Virus record (IMG/VR): IMGVR_UViG_3300017917_001687
Coordinates: 10,057 to 74,056 of that record
Direction: 5' to 3' (one strand)
Length of the DNA stretch: 64,000 bases
From: a virus
A program made the position numbers and the translations under genes. The notes beneath the pieces are model-generated. The model was not told the origin of the DNA. It searched no databases and saw only the letters and a program-made list of their open reading frames with translations. Below are positions 45,929 to 57,700 of this stretch, piece by piece (positions within the stretch are counted from its first letter, which is position 1; every line of letters starts with the position of its first letter).

Positions 45929-48900
45929 ATGCAGAAACATAGAATTTCCACAAATATAGGTGTTGACAATAAAGTAGTTGTTGAATTAAAACAAGATTAT
46001 GATTTATTAGAAATCTTGTCACTTAAATTCACCCAAACAGAGGCGTATTCCTCAATGTGCTCCGATTATGGGGTTGTTTGTGGTAGAATATCAGTAAATA
46101 ATGGTTTTGGTGTACCTAACATCCGGGTATCAATTTTTATACCAATACAAGATGAAGATATTGACGATCCTGTCGTTTCTGCTCTTTACCCATACACAAC
46201 CGTTGACGATAAAAATGAAGATGGTTATAGATATAATCTATTACCCGCTAGAAGACAACATGGTGGTCATGCACCGACAGGAACATTTCCTGATCAAACA
46301 GACGTATTAACAAGAGAAGAGGTACTTGAAGTATATGAAAAGTACTACAAATACACAGTAAAAACAAACGAGGCTGGCGACTTCATGATATGGGGTGTTC
46401 CTGTTGGTTCACAAACATTACATGTTGATACCGATCTTTCTGATATTGGTTGTTTCTCATTAAGACCAGATGATTTTATCAGACAGGGAATGGGTGTTGA
46501 TAAATTCAAAAATAACTATGAATTTAAAAACTCTAATGATATTGATTCGTTACCACAAATCGTTTCTTTCAATCAAACAATTGAAGTGTATCCATTTTGG
46601 GGAAATGAAGATTTATGTGAGATTGGGATAACCAGAACCGACTTTGATTTGTCTAGTCGAGGTGTTAAGATTGAACCCAAGGCTTATTTGTTAGGGTCCG
46701 TATATTCCGATCAAGGTAATATAACTGTTAATAAGAATTGTACACCGAAAGGTAAGATGGGTAGAAAGTGTGACCTAACGACTTTTGGGTGTAATGTTGA
46801 AATTATAAGATTTAATAGTTTAAGAGACTCTAAAGGTAGACCTGGTTTGGAATTTTATGAATTTCAAGAAGATGTTGATGATGATGGTTCATTTGTTATA
46901 CCATTACCGATGAATATGGATTATGTGTTCACAAATGAATTTGGGGAAAATGAAGTTACTAACGACCCAAATAAAGGAATACCAACATCTGCATGTTATC
47001 GTTTTAGGATTTCACCAAAAGACCAAGGGGTAACTGATGGATTTTTTGGTAGTAGTAGGGTTTTGGGTAGTTATCTAATACCAAACTTAAGAGAATATAG
47101 CGCAAATGATACCGAAATAAACAAATCATATGCTTGGTCATTAAATTGGGATGATTATCCAACAGCGGCAATAAATGATAGTGTTGTGTTTAAAAACGTT
47201 TTGGGTAGTTATTATCCTGAAGATTATTTTTATAGATTTACCTATAATAAGGTGTATGCGATATCTTCTTTTATGGGTGTACACTTTTCAAAAGGATTTT
47301 TAAGTGGTAGAGACAATTTCTTGGGATTAAAAGACATATCACCAAAAGATGATGAAGATTGTCAAAGTGAGGTTTTAACACCACCGACAAATTGGGGATG
47401 GAGGAAGTTTACTTTTCCAATTTTATTAACATTAGTTATTAATTTCTTTGAGAGGTTAATTTACAAAGCGTTCGTAGGTGCGGTACAGATAATAATAACA
47501 CCATTTCAAATAATGTATGAAGAAGTAAGGTTTACAATTGATTTAGGTTTTACAACATTTACATTCGCACCCTTTAATAGTTGGGATGAATTAATTATTG
47601 AACCATTACAAAGTTTCGGGACACTAAACTTAGGTACGGTTGTTTACCCTGAATGTGAATCTTGTGGTGATGTTGAAATACCAAATCCAGATCCTGTTAC
47701 AGGTTCCGTAATTGATACCGATCCTGCACTTTTATATGAAAAAGTTGGTGAAGGTAAAGCGGTTAGGGATACTGTTGATGTTTATATTGATTGTGAAACT
47801 TGGAGTTTACAACCACCAACAACATCAGGATCAACAATTTTTGCATACAATGATTGTTCGACAAACGCACTAACGAGTGTGACCTTAACTAGTGGTAGTT
47901 CTGTTACAAATGTTTGTATTAGACCACTTTCTTTGTCTATTACTCAGGTGGGTAATGGTGATGGTAGTGGATCGGCAATTGGTCAATGTGATAGTCTTAT
48001 AACACACACACCAATTTACGATCCCGATAATACCAAAGAAGAATTTATACTTAGTGATGTTTACACGGGAGCAACAATTCCGTTAACATCTTATAGTGCC
48101 TTTACCGTTTCGGGTAACACATATACATTTCCATTCATTAAATCTAATCAAAGTGCTTTCCGTAAATTTTTAATAAAATTAACGGGTTATTTACCACACG
48201 GTGATGTTGTTTCTTCTGGATCAACGGCGATATCAAATTTAAACATAACATCGACTGGAAGATCCGATTTATTAAATTTAACCACATATAGTGTTGCGAT
48301 ACCAATCACAATAAATGGATATAAGGGTACTGTAGTAAATAATTTAAATAATTGGGTTAGATACGTTGATGATAACGGCAATGATTTTCCGTGGACAGGA
48401 TTTACATATGAGATATATGATACCTTTTTATTAAAACCATTACCACCAGAAGATTCTTTTAGTTCTGCGGGGTTACCAGATGGTTGTTTATCAAGAAATA
48501 CAATTTACAAAGAAAGCATCGTTAAAGGTAGCTATTGTGGGACCGGTGTAACACAATCATACAATACGTTAACTTATATTGAAGGTGCGAATTCATGTAA
48601 ACCATATAATTTATTAACGGTGGGACAATCCGCATACGAACAAAAAATAAATGGTTGTACTATTGTTTGTTCACAAAGAAGTGGTTTTTCAGAATTAAGA
48701 AACGGAATTTATAGTGTCGTACCAGCGGCAAGTAGTAGTAATTGGAGAATTCAATTTGATTTAATTGATGAGTATGCCAGAACAAAACTTGTTAACAAGT
48801 TATTTTGTGAAGGTATTGTTAGTTATTCGTTTATTGACAATTGGTTAGCCGGATCTTTATATATGTTCCCATTCAAAGCAAAAGTTAGGTGGGACAATGA

Positions 48901-50125
48901 AGAACAATTAGACTTAAATTTTAGATGGACAAAATATTGTCCTAATTTGGTTTATTTCAAAGTAAGTGAATCAACAACAAATTCACCAGTTAAGAGATTT
49001 TATTATAGATCCACAAAGTTTAATGGTTCTGATTTTACTAGATATGATGGTTTTGGGGATGATTATGGAACTTTAGCACATCCAACAACTGTTGTGGATT
49101 TAGGACCAAGAGACGAGTTCATAAAAGAAATTTGTGTTGACCCATCTTTGGATCCTAATTGTTCTGTTGTTAGAAGTGTCAGCTCAACATCATTCCAAAA
49201 TTTTAAAGAATTGTTGGGTTTATATATAAATTATAGGTTGGACACTGGTGGCGACAACTATTCATATAAAAACTTTTTTGACAATACTGGTTTTGTTTTT
49301 AATGACGATAACCGACAAGTTTTAAATGGTGATGTTTTACAATTACTATCAATCAATAATGAAGCAGGCATTGAAGAGTTTGATTTACAAAACAAAAGTT
49401 ATGGAGCGTATTCACCATCTGTTTTAGATCCTGAAGATTATCCTAATTTATTTAAAGATTCATTAGGTGGTTCAAATGGACCACTACCTGTAAACTTTAT
49501 TTTAGACACCGATGGGTTTAGGGTTAGAACTTGTTTAAACGAACCCGGAAGATTAACTGAATCATCACAAATGGTTCCATTTTTTTATTGGGATAAAAAG
49601 GCACCAGGTTTTGGTTCAGGTATTAGTCAATCATGGGATTATGCAACGGTTAGAAGTGAAAAATTACAAGGGATGACATATCAATACTCATTTACGGGTG
49701 ATTCGAGTTACAATTATGTATTATTCCCAATGACAAAAGAATATAGTGGAGAGACAATAACTATAGGTGGTGTACAATTAAACGATGTTGGTTTTGACAT
49801 TGAAACAACAGGTTCAACAGTTTACCTATCTTACAGTAATCAAGAAGAAGGGTTCACTGTGTTATACATTACGTCAGGAACAACCAGTAACCCATTGGCA
49901 GGAACATTATATACAAGAACAGGAAGTACAGGTAATTGGGTTTCAAGATCATGGAACAATGACATTGATTTTATTATTAAACCAACAGGAACCAACTATA
50001 CGGGTAATTTACAAATACTTTCAACTCCGTTCTTATTTTATTTTGGTTTGAGACCCGGTAAAACCGCGGTTGATAAATTTGTTGCTAGGTTTGGACCTGC
50101 AGGTGTTTTTCCAAGTGCTGAATAA
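45929..50125 (+). CDS. Large virion (baseplate/fibre) protein with N-terminal carboxypeptidase-regulatory-like domain and Cys-rich inserts
   Basis: GVVCGRISVNNGFGVPNIRVSIF...KTNEAGDFMIWGVPVG; follows gp6; late-promoter motif upstream. Confidence 0.55.
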   Translation: MQKHRISTNIGVDNKVVVELKQDYDLLEILSLKFTQTEAYSSMCSDYGVVCGRISVNNGFGVPNIRVSIFIPIQDEDIDDPVVSALYPYTTVDDKNEDGYRYNLLPARRQHGGHAPTGTFPDQTDVLTREEVLEVYEKYYKYTVKTNEAGDFMIWGVPVGSQTLHVDTDLSDIGCFSLRPDDFIRQGMGVDKFKNNYEFKNSNDIDSLPQIVSFNQTIEVYPFWGNEDLCEIGITRTDFDLSSRGVKIEPKAYLLGSVYSDQGNITVNKNCTPKGKMGRKCDLTTFGCNVEIIRFNSLRDSKGRPGLEFYEFQEDVDDDGSFVIPLPMNMDYVFTNEFGENEVTNDPNKGIPTSACYRFRISPKDQGVTDGFFGSSRVLGSYLIPNLREYSANDTEINKSYAWSLNWDDYPTAAINDSVVFKNVLGSYYPEDYFYRFTYNKVYAISSFMGVHFSKGFLSGRDNFLGLKDISPKDDEDCQSEVLTPPTNWGWRKFTFPILLTLVINFFERLIYKAFVGAVQIIITPFQIMYEEVRFTIDLGFTTFTFAPFNSWDELIIEPLQSFGTLNLGTVVYPECESCGDVEIPNPDPVTGSVIDTDPALLYEKVGEGKAVRDTVDVYIDCETWSLQPPTTSGSTIFAYNDCSTNALTSVTLTSGSSVTNVCIRPLSLSITQVGNGDGSGSAIGQCDSLITHTPIYDPDNTKEEFILSDVYTGATIPLTSYSAFTVSGNTYTFPFIKSNQSAFRKFLIKLTGYLPHGDVVSSGSTAISNLNITSTGRSDLLNLTTYSVAIPITINGYKGTVVNNLNNWVRYVDDNGNDFPWTGFTYEIYDTFLLKPLPPEDSFSSAGLPDGCLSRNTIYKESIVKGSYCGTGVTQSYNTLTYIEGANSCKPYNLLTVGQSAYEQKINGCTIVCSQRSGFSELRNGIYSVVPAASSSNWRIQFDLIDEYARTKLVNKLFCEGIVSYSFIDNWLAGSLYMFPFKAKVRWDNEEQLDLNFRWTKYCPNLVYFKVSESTTNSPVKRFYYRSTKFNGSDFTRYDGFGDDYGTLAHPTTVVDLGPRDEFIKEICVDPSLDPNCSVVRSVSSTSFQNFKELLGLYINYRLDTGGDNYSYKNFFDNTGFVFNDDNRQVLNGDVLQLLSINNEAGIEEFDLQNKSYGAYSPSVLDPEDYPNLFKDSLGGSNGPLPVNFILDTDGFRVRTCLNEPGRLTESSQMVPFFYWDKKAPGFGSGISQSWDYATVRSEKLQGMTYQYSFTGDSSYNYVLFPMTKEYSGETITIGGVQLNDVGFDIETTGSTVYLSYSNQEEGFTVLYITSGTTSNPLAGTLYTRTGSTGNWVSRSWNNDIDFIIKPTGTNYTGNLQILSTPFLFYFGLRPGKTAVDKFVARFGPAGVFPSAE

Positions 50126-51885
50126 TGAAAAATAAAAATATATTACTTCCATCAAAAAGATTTTTCGGATCAATAGATGAGGATTTAACGTTAAGGGTTG
50201 AACTTGATGAAACAAGAAATTTATTAAGAGAAGGTGATAGAACTATAATTCTCGATAATACAGTATTATTTGATAAAGAAAGAAACGAAAGTAACAACTA
50301 TAAAATACATGGTAAACTAAAAATGGTTTTTAGAAACATGTATAGTGGTAATACCGATTACACGCCATTAAAAGAATTGTTATATTTGGTTGGAGATGGT
50401 AGTGATAATGACTTTACAGGATTTTTACCATACAACGAATTGGCATTACTAAGAAAAGATGTTTTAAGAGAGGTTAACCAAGCGGTACCGACAGACGAAT
50501 TAAATTTCTATCTACCAAACATAGTTGTAAGTGGACAAAGTCAACACATGTCAATAACATCCATTGAAGCACCATACCATAATTGGAACATATATTTGAG
50601 TTATGTTTATTCGGGGGACACACAACACCCTATGAAATATACCTTAAGTGGTGGTACGGTTTTTGATTTTATTGCTGGTGACGGAATACCATTTAGAATT
50701 AGTGACAATGGAAGTACATATCGTTTAACAAGTCCAGTTGAACATGGTTTTACTGATGGTGAATATATCACCATATCGGGAGGAACATTAAACAATACCA
50801 TACCTGTTTCAGGAAGAACTTTTTTAGTAACATCCGTGGGTTCTGAAATTTATAACTCTGAAAAATATGTGTTAGATATCTCAAAATCAGAAGTACCATC
50901 AGGAACAACATTTAGTACTGTGGTGTTTGGGAAAAGGTGTATTGACGTTAGAAATATATCGGGAACAACATCAACATATTATGTACATAAACACAAAACA
51001 CTAACATCTGAAAAAGATTATATTCTTGATAAGGTTGGTTTTGAATCACCTATTTGGGAAAATGAAAGAAAACTAGTGTTTGAAAATAGTTCAGGGGTTA
51101 ACGATTTTTTAGTTGAGAGAAATAGAATGGAGTCATTGATTTATGACTTTAAATCATCGTTTGTTTTGACAGGATTAACCAATAATTTGGGATACACACC
51201 AACAGATGTTTATGTCACTGTTGTTTTCATAAACGGCAATGGATTTTTTGAATATCCACCTAAAGTTGGTTGGAAATTTAATTTTCACGACACATGGATT
51301 GACGAACATTTTGATGGATCAAATAGTATTGAAACAACAATACCAACAACAGCATTCACAAGAACCGATAATGCAATAGTGTATAATTTTACTGGTGGAA
51401 CAGAATTACCATTAGGTACAATATTAAATGGTGCCTTTGTTGAATATAACGAATCTGAATTGAAGGAAAGAATTGTTAGTGAGGCTTTTCATAGAATATC
51501 TAATCCTGTAAACATTTTTGATTATGGTCAAGATGGAAATACGTCTGGTTTCTCGGGAGCATCCCCAACAAACTTATTTGGATTATATTACCAACCACAC
51601 AATAGGATTAAATTAAGACAATTATCACCATACATTGAAACTTCAACAACAAAAGAAGTATATAATTTACCACAAAACGCAAAATATTCTGAAGATGAAA
51701 AACTTTGGAAATGGAGAGATTTGTATGATCATGGATTTATTGACCCTGATGGTTTCGGAACAAATTATCCATTCATTAATAATATTCACTACGTAAAAAA
51801 TGATATTAATTTCTATTTACGTAATGAGAACTTATACACAAATAAACAAGATTTAATCAAAACGGTAACTAGCTTTAAATGTTAA
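50125..51885 (+). CDS. Virion structural protein (586 aa)
   Basis: Coupled to the upstream gene; TSPVEHGFTDGEYITISG beta-barrel insert of the kind seen in phage baseplate proteins. Confidence 0.55.
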   Translation: MKNKNILLPSKRFFGSIDEDLTLRVELDETRNLLREGDRTIILDNTVLFDKERNESNNYKIHGKLKMVFRNMYSGNTDYTPLKELLYLVGDGSDNDFTGFLPYNELALLRKDVLREVNQAVPTDELNFYLPNIVVSGQSQHMSITSIEAPYHNWNIYLSYVYSGDTQHPMKYTLSGGTVFDFIAGDGIPFRISDNGSTYRLTSPVEHGFTDGEYITISGGTLNNTIPVSGRTFLVTSVGSEIYNSEKYVLDISKSEVPSGTTFSTVVFGKRCIDVRNISGTTSTYYVHKHKTLTSEKDYILDKVGFESPIWENERKLVFENSSGVNDFLVERNRMESLIYDFKSSFVLTGLTNNLGYTPTDVYVTVVFINGNGFFEYPPKVGWKFNFHDTWIDEHFDGSNSIETTIPTTAFTRTDNAIVYNFTGGTELPLGTILNGAFVEYNESELKERIVSEAFHRISNPVNIFDYGQDGNTSGFSGASPTNLFGLYYQPHNRIKLRQLSPYIETSTTKEVYNLPQNAKYSEDEKLWKWRDLYDHGFIDPDGFGTNYPFINNIHYVKNDINFYLRNENLYTNKQDLIKTVTSFKC

Positions 51886-52713
51886 ATGGAAATTTTACGT
51901 AAAAATATCGATCAGAATATCACATTATCTCAAGATTTATCGTTTAAAACCGATTTGGGGTGGACGGAAGGTGCTGAACAAATGGATAAAGAAATACTTT
52001 ATTCAATTATAAACCCAACCGAAAACTATGAAACCGTTAGATATATTCATTCGCCTTACACATCAACAACAACAAACATACTTCAAACAGATATTTGGTA
52101 TGAATTTAACTTTTTAGCAAATACAACAACAGCGTCAACATATACCCAAAATTATGAAGTGGTTGGAATTTCATTAACTGAAAATGCTAAGATGTTAAGA
52201 CAATCAACAGAAAGTTTTTTCAGATTAGAATTTTATAAAACCTCTAATGATGAACCACCACTACAAACAAATAGACGATTGGTTTTTACAAAAAACTTAA
52301 CATTACCTCTTGGTGAAAAAGTTTTTTATACCGGAACAACATCTGGCGGAACAATACCAATTAACGATTATATATATTTTCCTGTTTTCACAGGATCCAA
52401 TTATAGAAATACCGAAAATATGTATCTTTTTTGGTTTGCTGACGACACACCTTTTGATGAAACAAATTTAACGGGTAATACTTTTTATATGACTGCCAAA
52501 TTTTATAATGCTAAAGACGGAACTGTTGTTGATTTTGTCAACAAATCTTTGGGATATGGTCAAAATATAAACGAACAAAACGATTTATATTTTAAAGTTA
52601 TAATTGATAGGACGGATTTTTCATATCAGATTTTCAGATTTAATAATTCAACTCTTGGACAAAGAATTGGAGAAAGGGTTGACCCAATAAAATTCTATGA
52701 AAGAAGAAAATAA
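51886..52713 (+). CDS. Virion structural protein (275 aa)
   Basis: Beta-rich ORF contiguous with neighbours in the baseplate operon. Confidence 0.5.
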   Translation: MEILRKNIDQNITLSQDLSFKTDLGWTEGAEQMDKEILYSIINPTENYETVRYIHSPYTSTTTNILQTDIWYEFNFLANTTTASTYTQNYEVVGISLTENAKMLRQSTESFFRLEFYKTSNDEPPLQTNRRLVFTKNLTLPLGEKVFYTGTTSGGTIPINDYIYFPVFTGSNYRNTENMYLFWFADDTPFDETNLTGNTFYMTAKFYNAKDGTVVDFVNKSLGYGQNINEQNDLYFKVIIDRTDFSYQIFRFNNSTLGQRIGERVDPIKFYERRK

Positions 52714-53816
52714 TGCAAAACAAAGAAAAAAATAGTTACCAAATACTTAGAAAAAATATTCAATCGGTTAAGTTAGATTCATTAACCGAACAATATTGGT
52801 ATGATAGTGATGGTGATAAAATATACTGGTCCGGATCAACAACATTACCCCCATCAAATGGGTATGTTATATACAATGATAGTGGTTTACAAACAAATGG
52901 TTACTATAAATGGTCGGGATCAACATGGGTACAAATAACAAAAGCCGAGGCTTATGGGGATTATTATTTACCTGTCTTTTTAGAAACGTCTGTTGATGAA
53001 ATGGGTGTTATGGTTGGTTTTGATGGTGAGATGGAACAAGTGGAACAAATATGTAATTTTAGTTATACACAGACAGGAAATACTGTACAAGTTTACAACA
53101 CGGTTAACACATCAAAAACATCACAAATAAACGATGTTGTTTTTGTTGTTAATTGGGGTGATGGTAGTACGAGTGGTTTATCAACAACAAATATTACAAC
53201 AACACATACTTACGTAAGTTCATCTGGTTATACAGTTTCAATATCTATTGATACACCATGGACACAATTTGTAACCAAAAAAATTATCACAGTACCATCA
53301 AATACGACAGTAACAAACCCACTTGGTACATTTAGTGGTTTTACAATACCATATACTACGATTACAGGACAAACTATAGATTATTTAAATAATTTAGACT
53401 ACACGAATAACACAGGATATACTACTTTTAATTACGCCTCAGTCGGAAAAAGTAGAATTAGTGAAAAGAAATTGTATGGTAGTAACACATATTCAGGTGT
53501 AACAACCGGTACAACTAGTGGTGTTGCATATAGTGCATATACCATAGATGGTTTATACTATCAAGACTTTGAAGATGGAATTACAACAATAACGGGTGCA
53601 ACATCAGGTTACACTAAAGAAGAAGTCTATAATTTGGTGTTAACAAGAAATGAACATTTTATAGGGTTTATAGATGAACCAGTAATTTATTCAGACATTT
53701 TTGTTGAAAGAGGAAAACAAGGTGTTCTTGAGAAAAGTTTAAGATTATCCGAAATAGATAGTACAGGTGAAATAGAAATTTACGGAAATGGATATTTTAA
53801 CATACGAAAACAATAA
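52713..53816 (+). CDS. Virion protein with PKD-like domain
   Basis: VVNWGDGS...THTYVSSSGYTVSI is the PKD signature (WGDG, HTY, G.YTV). Confidence 0.65.
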   Translation: MQNKEKNSYQILRKNIQSVKLDSLTEQYWYDSDGDKIYWSGSTTLPPSNGYVIYNDSGLQTNGYYKWSGSTWVQITKAEAYGDYYLPVFLETSVDEMGVMVGFDGEMEQVEQICNFSYTQTGNTVQVYNTVNTSKTSQINDVVFVVNWGDGSTSGLSTTNITTTHTYVSSSGYTVSISIDTPWTQFVTKKIITVPSNTTVTNPLGTFSGFTIPYTTITGQTIDYLNNLDYTNNTGYTTFNYASVGKSRISEKKLYGSNTYSGVTTGTTSGVAYSAYTIDGLYYQDFEDGITTITGATSGYTKEEVYNLVLTRNEHFIGFIDEPVIYSDIFVERGKQGVLEKSLRLSEIDSTGEIEIYGNGYFNIRKQ

Positions 53817-53822
53817 AATTTA

Positions 53823-53830
53823 TATTTATT
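53823..53830 (+). promoter_or_regulatory. Putative late promoter TATTTATT
   Basis: 11 nt before ATG 53842. Confidence 0.5.
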
Positions 53831-53841
53831 AATAAAAAACT

Positions 53842-54762
53842 ATGGCAATAGGAAGTTACGGAATTATAAGACCAGCAGATGTATCTCCAGAAGATGTAGA
53901 AATATATTACCACTACGTGGCAAATAGAACATCTACCTCTGAAGTTACACTAAAAAGATTAAGTTCTGTCGATATTTTGACACCGGTATTTCACAATTCA
54001 GATACCACGGATGACACATCAGCACCAAATGTTGAGATTTTGGGTGGATTGTATAACCTTAAATTAACTGCTTCGGATTTTTCTGATTTGGGTATATATA
54101 CCCTACACATGAGACCAAAACAGATTAGAACAACAATAACTGATTGTGGTATTTTGGCATCATTACCTTCTGTTAGGGGTCTTGTTATTGATTTATCAAA
54201 CGTTCCTGCTGCTGACAGAAATAAATTCACACCTCAGGGATTGATTGGTTATAGAGTTGAGTATATTAACACTTCAGACAACAAAAAAATACCAAACTTT
54301 TATAGGTTGGTAACATCGTCTTTCTATTGTACACCAATTGTATCAAATTTGACGAGCACGTCTCAAAAGTCAATAAGATACCAATATAGTGAACAACCAA
54401 CAAACCTAATGTTTTTGACGATTACTCCGTCATCAGCACCAACAAACAAACCAAACACGGTTCCGTTTATTGGAACCCCATCACAAAAAATTATTTTAAC
54501 AAATACATTCTTCAACCCAACAACTTTAGAAATTGAAATGGTTGAACACGATGCAAGTACATTGGCAAACGCACTTTATGGTAATCAAAGTAAGGCCGTT
54601 TCTCAAGGTATTTACACAATTTATGACAACAACAACAATATCTATAAACAATACAATCTTTACGAAATTAAAGACGAATTTAATGAGACATTATATGAAA
54701 TTCGTGAAGAGAGAAATGATATTGACGAAACACTAAATTTTGATACAATTAGTACAACATAA
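53842..54762 (+). CDS. Virion structural protein (306 aa)
   Basis: Late-promoter motif at 53823-53830; coupled to the downstream gene. Confidence 0.5.
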   Translation: MAIGSYGIIRPADVSPEDVEIYYHYVANRTSTSEVTLKRLSSVDILTPVFHNSDTTDDTSAPNVEILGGLYNLKLTASDFSDLGIYTLHMRPKQIRTTITDCGILASLPSVRGLVIDLSNVPAADRNKFTPQGLIGYRVEYINTSDNKKIPNFYRLVTSSFYCTPIVSNLTSTSQKSIRYQYSEQPTNLMFLTITPSSAPTNKPNTVPFIGTPSQKIILTNTFFNPTTLEIEMVEHDASTLANALYGNQSKAVSQGIYTIYDNNNNIYKQYNLYEIKDEFNETLYEIREERNDIDETLNFDTISTT

Positions 54763-57700
54763 TGGCAAAAAGGAAGATACCTAATCAAGCAGCAAGCGGC
54801 GCTGAAACATTTAGTGACTTTTTAGTTGGTAGACAAATTACCGATGGAACATCATCGCTTACCAATTCCGTTTTTGCCTTAGATAAATCAATACCCGAAA
54901 AAGACAGTAAAACTTTTAAGACTAATCCTTTTAGTGAATATATCACTTTATCCAATCTTAAACAAGAAACTGTTTCAAATGTTACAACAAGTAATTCATC
55001 TACAAGAAGAAGAACAGATACGGTACAATTTAGAACAAATAAAAAACGTGGAGATAAGTCATTATTTGGTTCTTTAAAAAGTAGAATATTGGTTTCATTA
55101 ACTAATATCATTCAAAACTTTCCTGCGGGTCTACAAATCATTTCAGATCGTCCGATAGGTAGTAACACTTATAGTGCTTTCAACATTACTTATGATGATA
55201 GTTTAAATAGAACAACGTTTTTTGTTGAAAATAGTAAAATATTTAACCCATTTGATATTGGATTTATCCCTCCTTTGAGTGATATTGCACCTACATCAAT
55301 GAACCCTATTAGGGACTTTTATTCGTCATATACAAATTATGTTCTTGATTTATCAAATCAAACATATCCCGTAGTTGGATATACACAACCAGACAACAAC
55401 AATCAAATTAAATTGGTTGTTTTTGGTAAACCATTTACGGGTACAACATATACACCAAATCTATTAATAAGACCAAACGATGGTGTTGTTGAAGAGTTTT
55501 TTGGTTCATTGGACGATTTAGAAGGAGCACTACTAAACAGAGATAGTAATCCAATATATACAACATCGTTTCAAGTACCTAAAGATAATGAGGACACCTC
55601 AAAAACATCATTAATAACTGTTCAATATAGTTGGCCAGTTAGTAGTGATGGTTGGAATATCCAAATTGATGGTTTAGATTATGAAAATTATGTGAATAAT
55701 TTAAGTGATATTGGGGATGAGGTCGATGATTATAAATCAAACTTAACTGTTAGGTTTTTAGCTGCACCACAACTATTTGAATTTGATACCGAAGATAAAA
55801 AAGCGGAAAGTGTATTTCAATTATATGGTCAAAGTTTTGATAGTGTAAAAAAATACATTGACAACATTGCTTACATGAGAAATGTAAGTTACGATGCGGT
55901 TAATAACGTGCCTGATGTACTTTTAAAAAACTTGGCGGAAAATTTAGGTTTATCCACAATTAATCTTTTTGATCAAAAATCATTAGATGAGGTTCTTTAT
56001 TCAAGACTTGAATCGAATTATGATGGTGTGGCAACCGGTACTAACCTTGTAGAAGCAGAATATGAATTTTATAGAAGATTATTAGTAAACTTGGCTTACA
56101 TTTATAAGTCTAAAGGTACTAGAGGATCTATTGATTTCTTTTTAAAGTTTTTGGGGGCTCCTGAACCTTTAATTAGAATTGACGAATACATTTACAGAGT
56201 TACATCAATGCCTTCAAGTTTTGACTTGGAAAAAGATATATATGATGTTATTCAGGGTCAAAAAGTTTACACCTATGGTGAGTTTAATACGACCGCATTT
56301 ACATACAATTCAATATCATATACTGGAACAACAAGTTTTGATAGGGAGGGTTATCCAGTTGACGAATTAACTGGATTACCAAGAAGGGCGTTTAATCAAA
56401 CTGAAGGTATATTTTATGGTGCGGGCGCTGGATGGTATGATGAAACATTATCACATCGTTCACCATTGGTTTTAGATAATGAAAACTCTGTTTTAACGGG
56501 TAGAACAAAAACCATAAAAACTAAAAATAAACCATACACATATGGTGAAGATTATTTTGATGTGTTTAGAACACTCCCTGGTTTAGATACAGGATATGGA
56601 TTAACATCGGAAATTGATAACTCAAAAGGAAAACCAAGGGAAGACGATCCTTCTTTAATTTTAAACAGAAAAAATATTGGGGTATATATTTCACCTGCAA
56701 GAGCACTTGATTACGATATATACAGACAAGGTAGAGATTTATTAATTGCTTTCGGTTCTAATACTTTATATCCACAAACAGGTGCAACATTTGCGGAGTA
56801 TGTCGATAATTTCATACATAAACTTGTAACAAATTCAAATAAAATTCGTTACAAGAAAAATTATATACAATTAGAAGACGTATATAGGGACTACATTAGT
56901 CAAACAGGATTTACACCATACTATCAAATAGATGTAACAGAATTCGTTGAAAGAATATCACCATATTGGATGCAATTAGTTGAACAACTGGTACCATCAA
57001 CAACACAATGGACAGGTGGTAATTTAGTTGATAACAACTTATTCGGTAGACCAAAATATTGGTATAGATTAGGTTGTCAACCAGCACAATTTATTGAAAA
57101 CTTGTATCCTGATTTTGAGTCTGCAATAGAAGAAGATCTTGAAACAATATTGGGTGAGGAAAACAACTTTAGAAACCTAATCAACCTAACAGGGGTAACT
57201 TATTACCCGGTAGTAGAAATAGATGGTATTAAATATGGTGGTCCAACATATAGTGGATATACCAACTCAATGTCAATAGTTGTTAGTGGTACCACAAATA
57301 CAACAAATAGTGCTAAGTTATTCAATGTGTTTCCTATGACTGGTTGTACTAGTTTGAATAGTGGGGACACAACTAACATGGCATTGATTTGTGATTATAA
57401 AGATTACTTATCACCTGACGTAGTTAAGATTAAACAACTTTGGTTATCAGCAATAGAAGAACTAGTTTCAACAATAACATTAACAAGAAATAGTGCGGGT
57501 TATGATGATTATGCACCATACACCGCAACCACTGGACAAACATATTATGTAGAAGAGATTCCTCTTTTGTATTATGAAACATATATCGATAAAGACGGAG
57601 ATGAAAAGATTTTATTCACGTCTGTTAAGTATGGACCTAACCAATGCTCTGTTTCAGACTATCTTGATTATAGGTTTGAAAGTGAATATAGTGTTAGTAA

